DNA of 64,000 nt from Betaproteobacteria bacterium (GCA_022340285.1 JAJDOG010000094.1:33046-97045), one strand, 5' to 3'; positions 27,035 through 37,241 are shown, numbered from the stretch's first letter. A program made the numbers and translations. The notes: a model not told the origin generated them from the sequence alone.

Positions 27035-27109
27035 GGAAGCGTTCGCGTACCAAGGGCACGCAAGGAAAGCGCGGAAGGAAGCCGCGGCCGAAGCGTGCGC
27101 GGGGTCGAG

Positions 27110-28261
27110 CTACGGCGCGAAGCGCTTCGCCACTTCCTCGAGCATCACCTCGGTCGCCCCGCCGCCGATGGAGAGGATCCGCGCGTCGCGCACCAGTCGC
27201 TCAATGGCAGTCTCGCGCATGTAGCCCATCCCGCCGTGGAACTGCTGGCAGGTGTAGGTCGCCTCGTTCGCGAGCTCGCCGGCAAAGGCTTTCAGCATCG
27301 AAACTTCGCGTACGCCGTCGCGCCCCTGGCTCATCAGCCAACCGCAGTGGTAGAGAAGCTGGCGCGCTGCCTCGTTCTTTGCCTGCAACATCGCGAGCCG
27401 CTGGCGAATGGCCTGCTTGTCGAAGAGCGTCGCGCCGAACGCCTTGCGGCTCATCGTATGCTCGAGGGCGAGGCGGATGGCCTGCGCGGTGTGTCCGATC
27501 GCCATCGCGCCGAGCACCACGCGCTCGTTCTGGAAGTTGCGCATGATCGCGTAGAAGCCGCCGTTCTCCTCGCCGAGGAGATTCTCCGCCGGGATACGGC
27601 AGTCTTCGAAGACGAGCTCAGCCGTGTCCGACGAGAGCCAGCCCTGCTTCTTCAGGGCGCGGCCCACGCGGAAGCCCGGCGTGCCCTTCTCGACGATGAA
27701 CATCGAGAGGCCGCGCGAGCCCTTCGTATCGGGATCGGAGCGTGCTGCGACGAAAAAGAGATCGCCGTGCACGCCGTTGGTGATGAACATCTTGGTGCCA
27801 TTCAGCACCCAGGAGTCGCCGTCGCGCCGCGCGCGCGTACGGATCGCCGCAACGTCCGAGCCCGCGTCCGGCTCGGTCACAGCGATCGCCGTGATGAGCT
27901 CGCCCGCGACAACCTTCGCGAGATAGCGGTCGCGTTGCGCCTTCGAGCCGGCGTGCACGAGGTGCGGCGCGGCCATGTCGGTATGCACCAGCACGGTGAC
28001 GATGAACCCGCCGAATGTCGACTGCGAAAGCGCCTCGGCAAACACGACGTTCGTAAGCGGATCGGCGCCTGCACCGCCGTACTCCACCGGTGCGGTGATC
28101 CCGAGAAAGCCGAGGGCGCCCATCTTGCGCAACACTTCGCGCGGAACGTGGCCCTGCTCCTCCCACGCCTCGGCGAAGGGCTCCACCTCTTTGGCGATGA
28201 AGCGGGCGACCTGCTCGCGGAGCGCGTCGTGCTCGGGGGTCAGGTAGATCGATTCGGCCAC
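27110..28261 (-). CDS. acyl-CoA dehydrogenase (possibly filling the isovaleryl-CoA dehydrogenase role)
   Basis: TEPDAGSD, LNGTKMFITNG, QFHGGMGY motifs. Glu in FQNERVV and Gly-rich IGGGATEV suggest IVD/LCAD-type base placement, which is tentative. Confidence 0.85.
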   Translation of the reverse strand: MAESIYLTPEHDALREQVARFIAKEVEPFAEAWEEQGHVPREVLRKMGALGFLGITAPVEYGGAGADPLTNVVFAEALSQSTFGGFIVTVLVHTDMAAPHLVHAGSKAQRDRYLAKVVAGELITAIAVTEPDAGSDVAAIRTRARRDGDSWVLNGTKMFITNGVHGDLFFVAARSDPDTKGSRGLSMFIVEKGTPGFRVGRALKKQGWLSSDTAELVFEDCRIPAENLLGEENGGFYAIMRNFQNERVVLGAMAIGHTAQAIRLALEHTMSRKAFGATLFDKQAIRQRLAMLQAKNEAARQLLYHCGWLMSQGRDGVREVSMLKAFAGELANEATYTCQQFHGGMGYMRETAIERLVRDARILSIGGGATEVMLEEVAKRFAP

Positions 28262-28280
28262 GCGTGTCCAGGAGAGCGTT

Positions 28281-29342
28281 CTAGCAGCGGTTCGCCTTGA
28301 AGTACTGGAGGGCGCGCTCGTTGCCGTTGTTGGCGGCGCGTTCCCACCACGCGCAGGCGCTCTTGACGTCGCGGGGTGCGTTCTCCGCGTTCCACGAGTA
28401 GATCCCGAGATTGAGCTGCGCCTGGGCGTCGCGCTGGTCGGCGGCGCGCGTCCACCACCTCACGGCGGCCTCCGGGTCGCGCGGCACGCCGAGGCCCTTG
28501 TCATAGACCACGCCGAGCGTGAAGAGCACGTCGACCCAGCCGTCCTTCGCCGCAGCCTCGAGCCATTTACGACCCTCCTCGGGGTCGGCCGGCACGCCGC
28601 GCCCGTACAGAAGTGCGGTGCCGACGACTGCTGCCGCCCGGGTGTTGCCCGCTTCGGCGAGAGGCTTCAGCAGAGCGATCGATCCGGCCATGTCGCCTGC
28701 CTGCTCGCGCTTCATGGCCGCCTGCAGTTCGGGCGGCGCCGTGAGGGGCAGGAAGCGGAGGCTTTCCAGGAACCGCCCGCCTGCCTTGGTGAGCACTTCG
28801 CTCATCACGCCTTCGCCGCCGCGCTCGGAATACGCCACGTCTGCCAGCCGATCCGGCTGATCCGGATGGACGCAGGTGAGGCCGCGGAACTGCATCAAGA
28901 CGTTCTCGTCGCCTTTCTCGCCCCGATCGATGGCCCGTATCGTGTACCGGGAGCACGGCTGACCCCGATGCTCGGTCGGCACCTCCTCGTGGGCGAGCTT
29001 CGTGAGCCGCTTCGCGTCGAGTCCCGTCTCGCGTCGCGTGCGCATGTGCTCGGAGAGCTCGCGCGCACTCTTGAACGCTCTGCCGGGACGCAGCGTCAGC
29101 ACGACGAATGCCCAGGTGCGCTCGGGCTGCACTACCTGCTTGCCGATGGCCGCCGCCTCGCCGGTGCGAAGCTGGCTGTACAGGTCGTCGAGTCCGGGCG
29201 TATCGACGACGAAGCCTGCGAAAGGCCACGGGGCCCCGGCATTCACGATCGGGTTGGCGAGCGGTGTCTGCTGCTGCGCCCGGGCGGGATCCGGCAGCAT
29301 CAGGGCGGCGACAATAAGCAGGATCGGGAAGACTCGTCGCAC
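28281..29342 (-). CDS. exported Sel1/TPR-like repeat protein with unknown N-terminal domain
   Basis: GTG 29342 is preceded by AGGAGA (6-nt spacer). Signal peptide VRRVFPILLIVAALMLPDPARAQQ. C-terminal Sel1 repeats (GRGVPADPEEGRKWLEAAAKDG..., GLGVPRDPEAAVRWWTRAADQ...). Confidence 0.7.
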   Translation of the reverse strand: MRRVFPILLIVAALMLPDPARAQQQTPLANPIVNAGAPWPFAGFVVDTPGLDDLYSQLRTGEAAAIGKQVVQPERTWAFVVLTLRPGRAFKSARELSEHMRTRRETGLDAKRLTKLAHEEVPTEHRGQPCSRYTIRAIDRGEKGDENVLMQFRGLTCVHPDQPDRLADVAYSERGGEGVMSEVLTKAGGRFLESLRFLPLTAPPELQAAMKREQAGDMAGSIALLKPLAEAGNTRAAAVVGTALLYGRGVPADPEEGRKWLEAAAKDGWVDVLFTLGVVYDKGLGVPRDPEAAVRWWTRAADQRDAQAQLNLGIYSWNAENAPRDVKSACAWWERAANNGNERALQYFKANRC

Positions 29343-29362
29343 GCAGGCTCTCCTGTAACCGG

Positions 29363-30970
29363 TCACATCCGGAACACGCCGAAGCGCGTGTCCTCGACGG
29401 GCGCGTTCAGCGCAGCGGAGATCGCGAGACCGAGGACACGGCGGGTATCCTCGGGGGCGATCACGCCGTCGTCCCAGAGGCGCGCCGTGGCGTAGTAGGG
29501 ATGGCCCTGGCGATCGTACTGATCGAGGATCGGCTGCTTGAACGCCTCCTCCTCCATCCTCGGCCAGGTGCCGCCCTTCGCCTCGATGGCGTCGCGCTTC
29601 ACCGTGGCGAGCACCGAGGCGGCCTGCTGCCCGCCCATCACCGAGACGCGCGCGTTCGGCCACATCCAGAGAAAGCGCGGGCTGTAGGCCCGACCGCACA
29701 TGGCGTAATTCCCGGCGCCGTACGAGCCGCCGATGATCACCGTGAACTTGGGTACTCGCGCGCAGGCCACGGCGGTGACCATCTTCGCGCCGTCCTTCGC
29801 GATGCCGGTGTTCTCGTACTTCTTTCCGACCATGAAGCCGGTGATGTTCTGCAGGAAGACGAGCGGGATGCCGCGCTGGCCGCATAGCTCGATGAAGTGC
29901 GCGGCTTTCATGGCCGACTCGGAAAAGAGTATGCCGTTGTTGGCGACGATGCCGACCGGGTAGCCGTGAATGTGTGCGAAGCCGGTCACGATCGTGGTGG
30001 CGAAGCGCGCCTTGAACTCGTCGAGCTCGCTCGCGTCGACGATGCGTGCAATGACTTCGCGCACGTCGTAAGGCTTGCGGTTGTCAGTGGGGATCACGCC
30101 ACCGAGCTCAGCGGGTGCGTGCAGCGGCTCGCGTGGCGGCACGACGTCGAGCGCGACGCGCTTTCTCAAGTTCAGGTGCGAAACGATGCGCCGCGCGATC
30201 GTCAGGGCGTGCGCGTCGTTGACGGCGAAGTGGTCCGCGACGCCCGAGATCCGTGTGTGCACGTCGGCTCCGCCGAGCTCCTCGGGGCTGACCACCTCGC
30301 CGGTGGCAGCCTTCACGAGCGGCGGCCCGCCCAGAAAAATCGTTCCCTGCTCCTTCACGATCACGGCTTCATCGCTCATTGCCGGGACGTAGGCGCCGCC
30401 GGCCGTGCAAGAGCCCATCACCACCGCGATCTGCGGGATGCCCGCTGCGGACATGTTCGCCTGGTTGTAGAAGATCCGCCCGAAGTGCTCGCGGTCGGGG
30501 AACACCTCGTCCCACGTGGGCAGATTCGCGCCGCCCGAGTCCACCAGGTAGAGGCAGGGCAGGCGGTTCTGCGCGGCGATCTCCTGTGCGCGCACGTGCT
30601 TCTTCACCGTTATCGGGAAGTAGGTGCCGCCCTTCACCGTCGCGTCGTTCACGACGACGATGCACTCGCGCCCGGATACACGACCGATTCCCGTGATGAT
30701 TCCGCCGCAAGGCGCGTCGTTGTCGTACATGTCGTAGGCCGCGAGCTGCGAGAACTCGAGGAACGGCGAGCCCGGATCGAGCAGCGTGCGCACGCGTTCG
30801 CGTGGCAGCAATTTGCCGCGCGCGACGTGCCGCGCACGCGCCGACTCGCCGCCGCCCAGCGACACCTCGGCCACGCGCTCGCGCAGGTCGGCGACCAGGC
30901 GGCCCATCGTGGCGTGGTTTGCGCGGAATTCTGCCGAGCGGGCGTTGAGAGCGGTCTTGATGGCGGGCAT
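29363..30970 (-). CDS. liuB: 3-methylcrotonyl-CoA carboxylase beta subunit (carboxyltransferase)
   Basis: 535-aa carboxyltransferase: [38 protein letters not shown]. Confidence 0.9.
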   Translation of the reverse strand: MPAIKTALNARSAEFRANHATMGRLVADLRERVAEVSLGGGESARARHVARGKLLPRERVRTLLDPGSPFLEFSQLAAYDMYDNDAPCGGIITGIGRVSGRECIVVVNDATVKGGTYFPITVKKHVRAQEIAAQNRLPCLYLVDSGGANLPTWDEVFPDREHFGRIFYNQANMSAAGIPQIAVVMGSCTAGGAYVPAMSDEAVIVKEQGTIFLGGPPLVKAATGEVVSPEELGGADVHTRISGVADHFAVNDAHALTIARRIVSHLNLRKRVALDVVPPREPLHAPAELGGVIPTDNRKPYDVREVIARIVDASELDEFKARFATTIVTGFAHIHGYPVGIVANNGILFSESAMKAAHFIELCGQRGIPLVFLQNITGFMVGKKYENTGIAKDGAKMVTAVACARVPKFTVIIGGSYGAGNYAMCGRAYSPRFLWMWPNARVSVMGGQQAASVLATVKRDAIEAKGGTWPRMEEEAFKQPILDQYDRQGHPYYATARLWDDGVIAPEDTRRVLGLAISAALNAPVEDTRFGVFRM

Positions 30971-31152
30971 GGGCGTAGCGAGCGCGGAGCGGACCGGACA
31001 TTGTAGCCGAGCGTGCGGATGATCCGACGTGTAGAACGCCCTCTCGGCCGGACACGGTCGCGAAGGGCCGCAGCCCTTTGCGCTGCGTCAGGCGATGTGC
31101 CGGTCCGCACACGCAAACCCCGTCACGTCGTGGTTCGGCTAGACTAGTAACG

Positions 31153-32397
31153 GTGAACTCGGCGGTTTCCTCCCTGGCCTGGTTTTTCATCAGCTACGGC
31201 GCACTGGTCGCGCTCTTCTACGCTTTCGTCGCGGTGCGGATCGTCCAGATGCTGACGCGCGCCCCGCGGGTGCGCGACGGCCTCGCGGAAGCGGCGCCTC
31301 CCGAGGGCTGGCCGCTGGTATCGATCGTCGTTCCGGCCCACAACGAGGAGCGCGTCATCGCGACCTGCGTGGCGAGCCTCCTTGCAAGCGACTATCCCGA
31401 ACTCGAGGTGGTGGTCGTCCTGGACCGTTGCAGCGACCGATCGCGTGAGCTGCTGCGCCCGTTTGCCGAGCGCGATGCGCGCCTGCGGATCATCGAGAAC
31501 GCCACCTGCCCGCCCGACTGGGCCGGAAAGTGCAATGCGGCGCGCGTCGGCGCGGAGGTTGCCCGGGGCGAGTACCTGCTCTTCACGGACGCCGACGTTC
31601 GCTTCGATCCCTCACTCGTGCGGGCAGCGGTCGGTTTGCAGCGCCGCGACCGGCGCGGGTTGCTGTCGCTCCTCCCGCGAGTCGTCGCCGCGACATGGGT
31701 CGAGCGCATCGTGCAGCCGATTGCGGCGATGACGCTGATGCAGATGTACCCGATCGACAAGGTGAATCGGGAGTACCGCAGGCGCCCGTTCGCGAACGGA
31801 CAGTTCATGCTGTTCGAGCGCAGCGTGTACGAGCGTATCGGCGGCCACGCTGCGACGAAGAACGACCTGCTGGAGGACATCGCATTCGCGCGCTTGGTCG
31901 ACGCGAGCGGCGCCCGGGTGGGCCTGGCGATCGCCGTGGACATGCTCGAGGTCCACATGTATTCCTCGTACGCTGCCCTGCACGAGGGCTGGAAACGGAT
32001 CTTCATCGAGGCGAGCCGACGGCGCGTCAGGCAGCTTCGTGAGAAGGCCCTGCTGGTCCTGGCGCTCGGGGTCGGCACGCCTATCGCGCAGATCGGGGCG
32101 ATCGCGGCGGGCGCTGCGGCTGGGGAGACGATGCTCCTGCTCGCCGGCGCCGTGGTCGCGTGCGGCATCGGGGCGCAGGCCGTGGCGCTGGCGGTGTTCT
32201 ACCGCACCGGCCGATCCCTGGTGCGGGACGTCGTATCGAGTCCGGTGGGCGCGGCGCTTGTCGCTCGCATGCTCTGGCAGGGCGCCGAGGACCTCGCGGG
32301 AAGGCGTCCGGTGCGCTGGGGCGGGCGCGAGTACCGGCTGATTCCCGAGGACGGGTTCGCGGGCAAGAAATCCGGCGAGGTGGACGCACGATCATGA
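31153..32397 (+). CDS. membrane glycosyltransferase family 2
   Basis: N-terminal [19 protein letters not shown] (DxD), [18 protein letters not shown]-terminal TM bundle. Start ambiguous (GTG 31153 or TTG 31078). Confidence 0.8.
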   Translation: MNSAVSSLAWFFISYGALVALFYAFVAVRIVQMLTRAPRVRDGLAEAAPPEGWPLVSIVVPAHNEERVIATCVASLLASDYPELEVVVVLDRCSDRSRELLRPFAERDARLRIIENATCPPDWAGKCNAARVGAEVARGEYLLFTDADVRFDPSLVRAAVGLQRRDRRGLLSLLPRVVAATWVERIVQPIAAMTLMQMYPIDKVNREYRRRPFANGQFMLFERSVYERIGGHAATKNDLLEDIAFARLVDASGARVGLAIAVDMLEVHMYSSYAALHEGWKRIFIEASRRRVRQLREKALLVLALGVGTPIAQIGAIAAGAAAGETMLLLAGAVVACGIGAQAVALAVFYRTGRSLVRDVVSSPVGAALVARMLWQGAEDLAGRRPVRWGGREYRLIPEDGFAGKKSGEVDARS

Positions 32398-33374
32398 ATC
32401 GGATTCTGGTCACCGGCGGCGCAGGGTTCATCGGCTCGCATCTTTGCGAGCGGCTCCTTGCGCACGGTCACGACGTGCTGTGCGTGGACAACTTCTACAC
32501 CGGGAACAAGCAGAACATCGAGGGCCTGCTCGATAGTCGGAACTTCGAGCTCCTGCGGCACGACATCACTTTCCCGCTGTACGTCGAGGTGGACGAGATC
32601 TATAACCTCGCCTGCCCCGCCGCGCCAGTGCACTACCAGTTCGATCCGGTGCAGACTACCAAGACTTCCGTGCATGGCGCGATCAACATGCTCGGTCTCG
32701 CCAAGCGCCTGCGCGCAAGGATCCTGCAGGCGTCGACCAGCGAGGTCTATGGCGATCCCGAGGTGCATCCGCAGCCCGAGGAATACTGGGGCCGGGTCAA
32801 CCCCATCGGCGTGCGCTCGTGCTACGACGAAGGCAAGCGCTGTGCCGAGACGCTGTTCTTCGACTATCGTCGCCAGCACCGGCTGAGCATCAAGGTGGCA
32901 CGGATCTTCAATACGTACGGCCCGCGCATGCACGTCAACGACGGCCGCGTCGTCTCGAATTTCATCGTGCAGGCGCTGCGCAACGAGCCGATCACGCTGT
33001 ACGGCGACGGCAGCCAGAGCCGCTCGTTCTGCTATGTCGACGATCTGGTCGCCGGGCTCGAGCGGCTGATGGCGACGCCCGACGACGTCACCGGGCCGCT
33101 CAACCTCGGCAATGCGGCCGAGATCACGGTGCGGCAACTGGCCGACAACGTGATCACGCTGACCGGCTCGCGCTCGAGAATCGAGCATCGTCCCTTGCCG
33201 GAAGACGATCCGAAGCAGCGTCGACCGGACCTTGCCCGCGCCAAGGCGGCGCTCGACTGGGCACCGAGCACGCCGCTCGAGGAAGGGCTCAAGAAGACGA
33301 TCACGTATTTCGATGCGCTGCTCGCGAGCGGGCAGTCGTTTCCCGACCTCTCGCGGCGAACCACCCTCCGCTAG
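32394..33374 (+). CDS. UDP-glucuronate decarboxylase (UDP-xylose synthase), SDR family
   Basis: [29 protein letters not shown] catalytic region, [13 protein letters not shown] overlap with the GT2 stop. Confidence 0.9.
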   Translation: MNRILVTGGAGFIGSHLCERLLAHGHDVLCVDNFYTGNKQNIEGLLDSRNFELLRHDITFPLYVEVDEIYNLACPAAPVHYQFDPVQTTKTSVHGAINMLGLAKRLRARILQASTSEVYGDPEVHPQPEEYWGRVNPIGVRSCYDEGKRCAETLFFDYRRQHRLSIKVARIFNTYGPRMHVNDGRVVSNFIVQALRNEPITLYGDGSQSRSFCYVDDLVAGLERLMATPDDVTGPLNLGNAAEITVRQLADNVITLTGSRSRIEHRPLPEDDPKQRRPDLARAKAALDWAPSTPLEEGLKKTITYFDALLASGQSFPDLSRRTTLR

Positions 33375-33398
33375 ATTCCACTCTGCTCGAGGCGCGGC

Positions 33399-34745
33399 TC
33401 AGGGCATCGGGCAATTGCGGGGCATGATGCCTTTCTCCTTGGCGTAGCGCGCCGCCGAGGCTTCGATCATCGGCCGCACCAGGTCCTGGTCGGAGGAGAT
33501 CCAGTCGCTGATCACGACCCATTTCGTGCCGTCCCACTGCTGAAACTTCACCTGTCCCCCGCCTTCGTGGTCGAGGCAGCTCGTCTTGAGCGGTTGCATG
33601 AAGCCCGTCGCCCCGATCGCCTTGAGACGCGCCGAGTCGATGTTCATGTGTTCCAGCGCCCACTGAATCTGCTCGCCGGTCACCGGCTTGCCCTTGCCGA
33701 AGTGATCCTGCGCGGTGCGGATGGCCTCGGTGGTGACCAGTCCCAGGACCACGCCGCGGTTGTAGTAGATCGTGCCGATGCGTCCTTTGTCCTCCATCTC
33801 GCCCTGGCCCGTGCCGTACACGTATTTCAAGATGTCCTGGATGACCGGATAATTTCGTCCGCCGACATTGAAGCCCGCGGCAATGTACCCCTTCGCAGCG
33901 CTGCCCGCGGGGATGGTGTCTTCCTCGGCGCCCGCCCACCAGACTCCGACGATGTGGTCACGCGGGAAGGAAACGCGGGCCGCGGTCTTCAACGCCGTGG
34001 GATTCATTACGCCGAAGCCTCGGAGGATCACCCAGTCGGGCTGGATCTGGCGAATCTGCAGCCACTGCGCCTGCTGTTCGTTTCCGGGATGCTGCACCGG
34101 GATATGGATCACCTCGAAGCCGTACCGCTTGGCCTGCGCGTCCAGCACCGGAATGGTCTCCTTTCCGTAGGCCGAATCGTGGTAGAGGTTCACGATCTTT
34201 TTGCCCCGGAGCTTGTCCATTCCGCCTTCCCGCGACCCGATGAACTTGATCTTGGCGGTGTTCTGGCTCCAGTAGTTGGTGATGAGCGGGAAGACGTACG
34301 GGAAGACCCGTCCGTCGGAGGCGTCCGTGCGCCCGTAGCCGATCGATACGAGAGGAATCTTGTCGGCGGTCGCCTTCTCGATGAGCGCATAGGTGATTCC
34401 GGTCGAGGCCGGATGGATCATGGTCGCGCCGGTCGGGCCCTTGTGCTTGGATCGCTCGTAGCATTCGATGCCCCGTGCCGTGTTGTATTCGGTCTCGCAT
34501 TTCTCCCACGTGATCTTGACCCCGTTGATGCCGCCGTCGCGGTTGTTGAGCATCGTGAAGTAGTCGATCATCCCGCCGCCGATTCCGGTGCCGCTGCTCG
34601 CGTAGGGTCCGACCCAGAAGAAGTTGATGGGAACGAACTGCTCCTTCACCTGTGCCTGGGCGAGTCCGGCAACGAGCATCATTGCCAGGGTTGCCGCAAA
34701 CGTCTTCACGTTGCGAACGATTCGTCGTTCGAGGTGAGTTGTCAT
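33399..34745 (-). CDS. orphan LivK-type periplasmic substrate-binding protein (paralog of 8576..9940)
   Basis: GAGGAGG RBS and signal peptide. Collinear with the other SBP, with roughly two thirds of residues identical by eye. No adjacent permease or ATPase. Confidence 0.9.
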   Translation of the reverse strand: MTTHLERRIVRNVKTFAATLAMMLVAGLAQAQVKEQFVPINFFWVGPYASSGTGIGGGMIDYFTMLNNRDGGINGVKITWEKCETEYNTARGIECYERSKHKGPTGATMIHPASTGITYALIEKATADKIPLVSIGYGRTDASDGRVFPYVFPLITNYWSQNTAKIKFIGSREGGMDKLRGKKIVNLYHDSAYGKETIPVLDAQAKRYGFEVIHIPVQHPGNEQQAQWLQIRQIQPDWVILRGFGVMNPTALKTAARVSFPRDHIVGVWWAGAEEDTIPAGSAAKGYIAAGFNVGGRNYPVIQDILKYVYGTGQGEMEDKGRIGTIYYNRGVVLGLVTTEAIRTAQDHFGKGKPVTGEQIQWALEHMNIDSARLKAIGATGFMQPLKTSCLDHEGGGQVKFQQWDGTKWVVISDWISSDQDLVRPMIEASAARYAKEKGIMPRNCPMP

Positions 34746-35099
34746 GCTGCCTCCTCGCTGGCTGCGTGGCGACGCCGCGGCGCCGCCAGCGGGTGATCGT
34801 TCGGGGGGGGCCGAGCCAATATAACGCATGCGTCCGTGACGCTTCAAACGCGGTGCGCTTCCACTATTTCGCCGCCGGTTCCTGCTACTCGACCGAAAAA
34901 CCAAGCCATGTCTCTACGCGCCCTACTCCGCGTACGGCAAGCGGGCACACGGCAGAAAGCGACCCCCGGCCGTCGGCATTTCGCCTAGGCCATTTGGCCT
35001 GTGGAGGGAATTCTCCCGTAAAGACAATGTCATAATTAATTGGCGCGTTTCACAGCGCGCCGCGTGTACCCCGAGGCTCGGGGTGCCACCCCCACGACA

Positions 35100-35564
35100 A
35101 TGCACGAGCTCCACACTGACATCGAGATCGCTGCGCGACCTGAGCAGATCTGGGCGGTGCTGACGGACTTTGCCGCCTATCCGCGCTGGAACCCGTTCAT
35201 CCGCTATGTCCACGGCGTCGCGGAGGAGGGCCGCTCTATCGAGGTCTTCGTCCGCGGGCGCGGCGCGCCGCGCACCACCTTTCGGTCCCGGGTGCTGGTG
35301 GCGGATCGGCCGCACGAGCTCCGCTGGCGCGGCCACCTGTTCATGCCCGGTGCCTTCATCGACGAGCATCAATTCCTGATCGATCCCCTGCCCGACGGGG
35401 GCTCGCGATTCGAGCAGACGGGCCGATTCAGCGGTCTCTTGACCCCCATGCTGCGCAGCACCATCGACCGGGAAGTCCAGCGCGGCCTGCGTGAGATGAA
35501 CGCGGCGTTGAAGGGACTCGTCGAGCGCAGCTGCAACGGACACCCCTCGCGGTCGATCCCGTAG
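35100..35564 (+). CDS. SRPBCC (START/polyketide-cyclase-like) family protein
   Basis: MHELHTDIEIAARPEQIWAVLTDFAAYPRWNPF is the typical SRPBCC N-terminus. Confidence 0.7.
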   Translation: MHELHTDIEIAARPEQIWAVLTDFAAYPRWNPFIRYVHGVAEEGRSIEVFVRGRGAPRTTFRSRVLVADRPHELRWRGHLFMPGAFIDEHQFLIDPLPDGGSRFEQTGRFSGLLTPMLRSTIDREVQRGLREMNAALKGLVERSCNGHPSRSIP

Positions 35565-35629
35565 CGCCACCGGCCGGCGTGCGCGGGACGACCCCGGTGC
35601 GAGCGACGCTAGTGGCTTGTCGTCATGCC

Positions 35630-37027
35630 CTATTCCGGGAACCCTGCCTTGCGATAGCCCGTGACGAGGTGGTCGAGGTCCGCACGGCGCTGGTAGAGGC
35701 TCGCGCGGACGGCCGCGCCGATCGTCCAGCCAGGATTCTCGCGCATCGCCTCGGCCGCCTGAAACACCGCTTCCTCCTGTCGACCGGTCTGCGAATACGC
35801 GGCCGCGAGCAGGCGGTGACAGAACGCCGACGTCGGTGCGCGCTGCACGCATACCGTAAGCGCGTCGATCGCCTTGCCGTAGTCGCCGACCATGTAGTAG
35901 GCGTGCCCGAGCGACGCGAGCGTCTCGGGCGATGCAAGGGGATCGAGGCGCATCGCCCGCTCGATGATCGGCACCGCTTCCACGGCGCGGCCGGCGAAGA
36001 CGAGAGGCTCACCGGCGCGCGCGTCGACGACGTTCGGATTGAGCGATCGCGCGCGCTCGAACGCGGCGATCGAGTCTTCGAACGGCGGCCGCCACCTCAG
36101 CACCCAGCCGAGTTGCGCCCAGGCCTGGAACGACTCCATGTCGAGCGACACCGCGCGCCCGGCAAGCTGCGCCGCGCGGTCGATGGCCACGCGACTGCCG
36201 AACTCGTTATCGAGCGCCGGGTCGTGCATGCGCTCCGCGTAGGCGGCGCGGTACGTCTCCGACAACGCGCTGTAATAGGGCGCAAAATCCGCCTGCTCGG
36301 CGACTGCGCGCTCGAGCAATTGGCGCGCGGCGAGCACTGCGGCACCGGGGCGATCGGTTTCTCCATGCCGGCGAAGCAGGTGGCGAGCGAGCAGATAGCG
36401 ATCGTAGGAAGCAATGCTCGGGAGCGGGGTGCGGCGGATTCCTTCCCCCTGCACGCGATCGGACTCGGCTGCCAGCCGCTGGGCAATCCCGTCAACGATC
36501 GCGAACTGAACATCGGACAGACCGTTCGCGGGCCAGTCGATCTCCTCGGACCAGACGTGTGCACCGCTTGCTGCGTCAACCAGCGTCGCGGCGATTCGGA
36601 CGTTCGGGGCCGGGTGCGCCACGCTGCCCGTGAGCACGTAGCGCGCGCCCAACGCCTTGCCGGCGCGCATCGGATCCCCCCCGCGCGCGCGATAGCGAAA
36701 GCTCGAGTTGGGCGCGACGACCGCGAGACTTTGGTAATTCGCGAGCGCCGCCGCAATGTCTTCGGCCATACCCTCCCCGAAGTGTTCCTGGCCGACGCCG
36801 GAAGCCGCGAAGGGCAGTACCGCGATGGTTGTCTTTTCTCCCGGCGCGCGCTCCGGGGCGTTTCGCGTGCGCGGGCTCAGCGCAGCGAGCTGCCACGCGA
36901 TGGCCATTGCGACGATGAACGCCAAGGCCGCGGCGCTGAACGCGAGCAGGTACCGGCGCCGCGGCACACGGCGCGGGGGCAGCGGTCGGCGCGCAAAGAC
37001 CGGGCGCGGGGCAGGCGGCTGATTCAC
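35630..37027 (-). CDS. membrane-anchored TolB_N-like + TPR repeat protein
   Basis: TM helix (YLLAFSAAALAFIVAMAIAW), then a TIAVLPF...GxxxAEDI...YVLTGSV module and C-terminal TPRs. Start uncertain (GTG 37027 chosen; the longer ORF would run through an intergenic hairpin repeat). Confidence 0.6.
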   Translation of the reverse strand: MNQPPAPRPVFARRPLPPRRVPRRRYLLAFSAAALAFIVAMAIAWQLAALSPRTRNAPERAPGEKTTIAVLPFAASGVGQEHFGEGMAEDIAAALANYQSLAVVAPNSSFRYRARGGDPMRAGKALGARYVLTGSVAHPAPNVRIAATLVDAASGAHVWSEEIDWPANGLSDVQFAIVDGIAQRLAAESDRVQGEGIRRTPLPSIASYDRYLLARHLLRRHGETDRPGAAVLAARQLLERAVAEQADFAPYYSALSETYRAAYAERMHDPALDNEFGSRVAIDRAAQLAGRAVSLDMESFQAWAQLGWVLRWRPPFEDSIAAFERARSLNPNVVDARAGEPLVFAGRAVEAVPIIERAMRLDPLASPETLASLGHAYYMVGDYGKAIDALTVCVQRAPTSAFCHRLLAAAYSQTGRQEEAVFQAAEAMRENPGWTIGAAVRASLYQRRADLDHLVTGYRKAGFPE

Positions 37028-37174
37028 CGGCAAAGAGACACGCGGGACGGCTCTCGGAACATGGTTGCGCGACTCGGATGTCTGACCGGACCTCGCCCTG
37101 CAGCCCCGAGTTTCCGGCAGTGTAACCGGTCGGGAGACGCCGTGAGGGGGGCGGTCTCCATCGGGCGCCACGCG

Positions 37175-37220
37175 CGTCCCGGACGTTTGGTGTCTCCCCT
37201 CCTTTTCAAGGGAGGGGAAT
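37175..37220 (+). repeat. double-hairpin dispersed repeat, partial/divergent copy B
   Basis: CGTCCCGGACGTTTGGTGTCTCCCCTCCTTTTCAAGGGAGGGGAAT. Lies just downstream of the putA stop. Confidence 0.6.
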
Positions 37221-37241
37221 GAGTTCCATCTCGCTCGCCCG

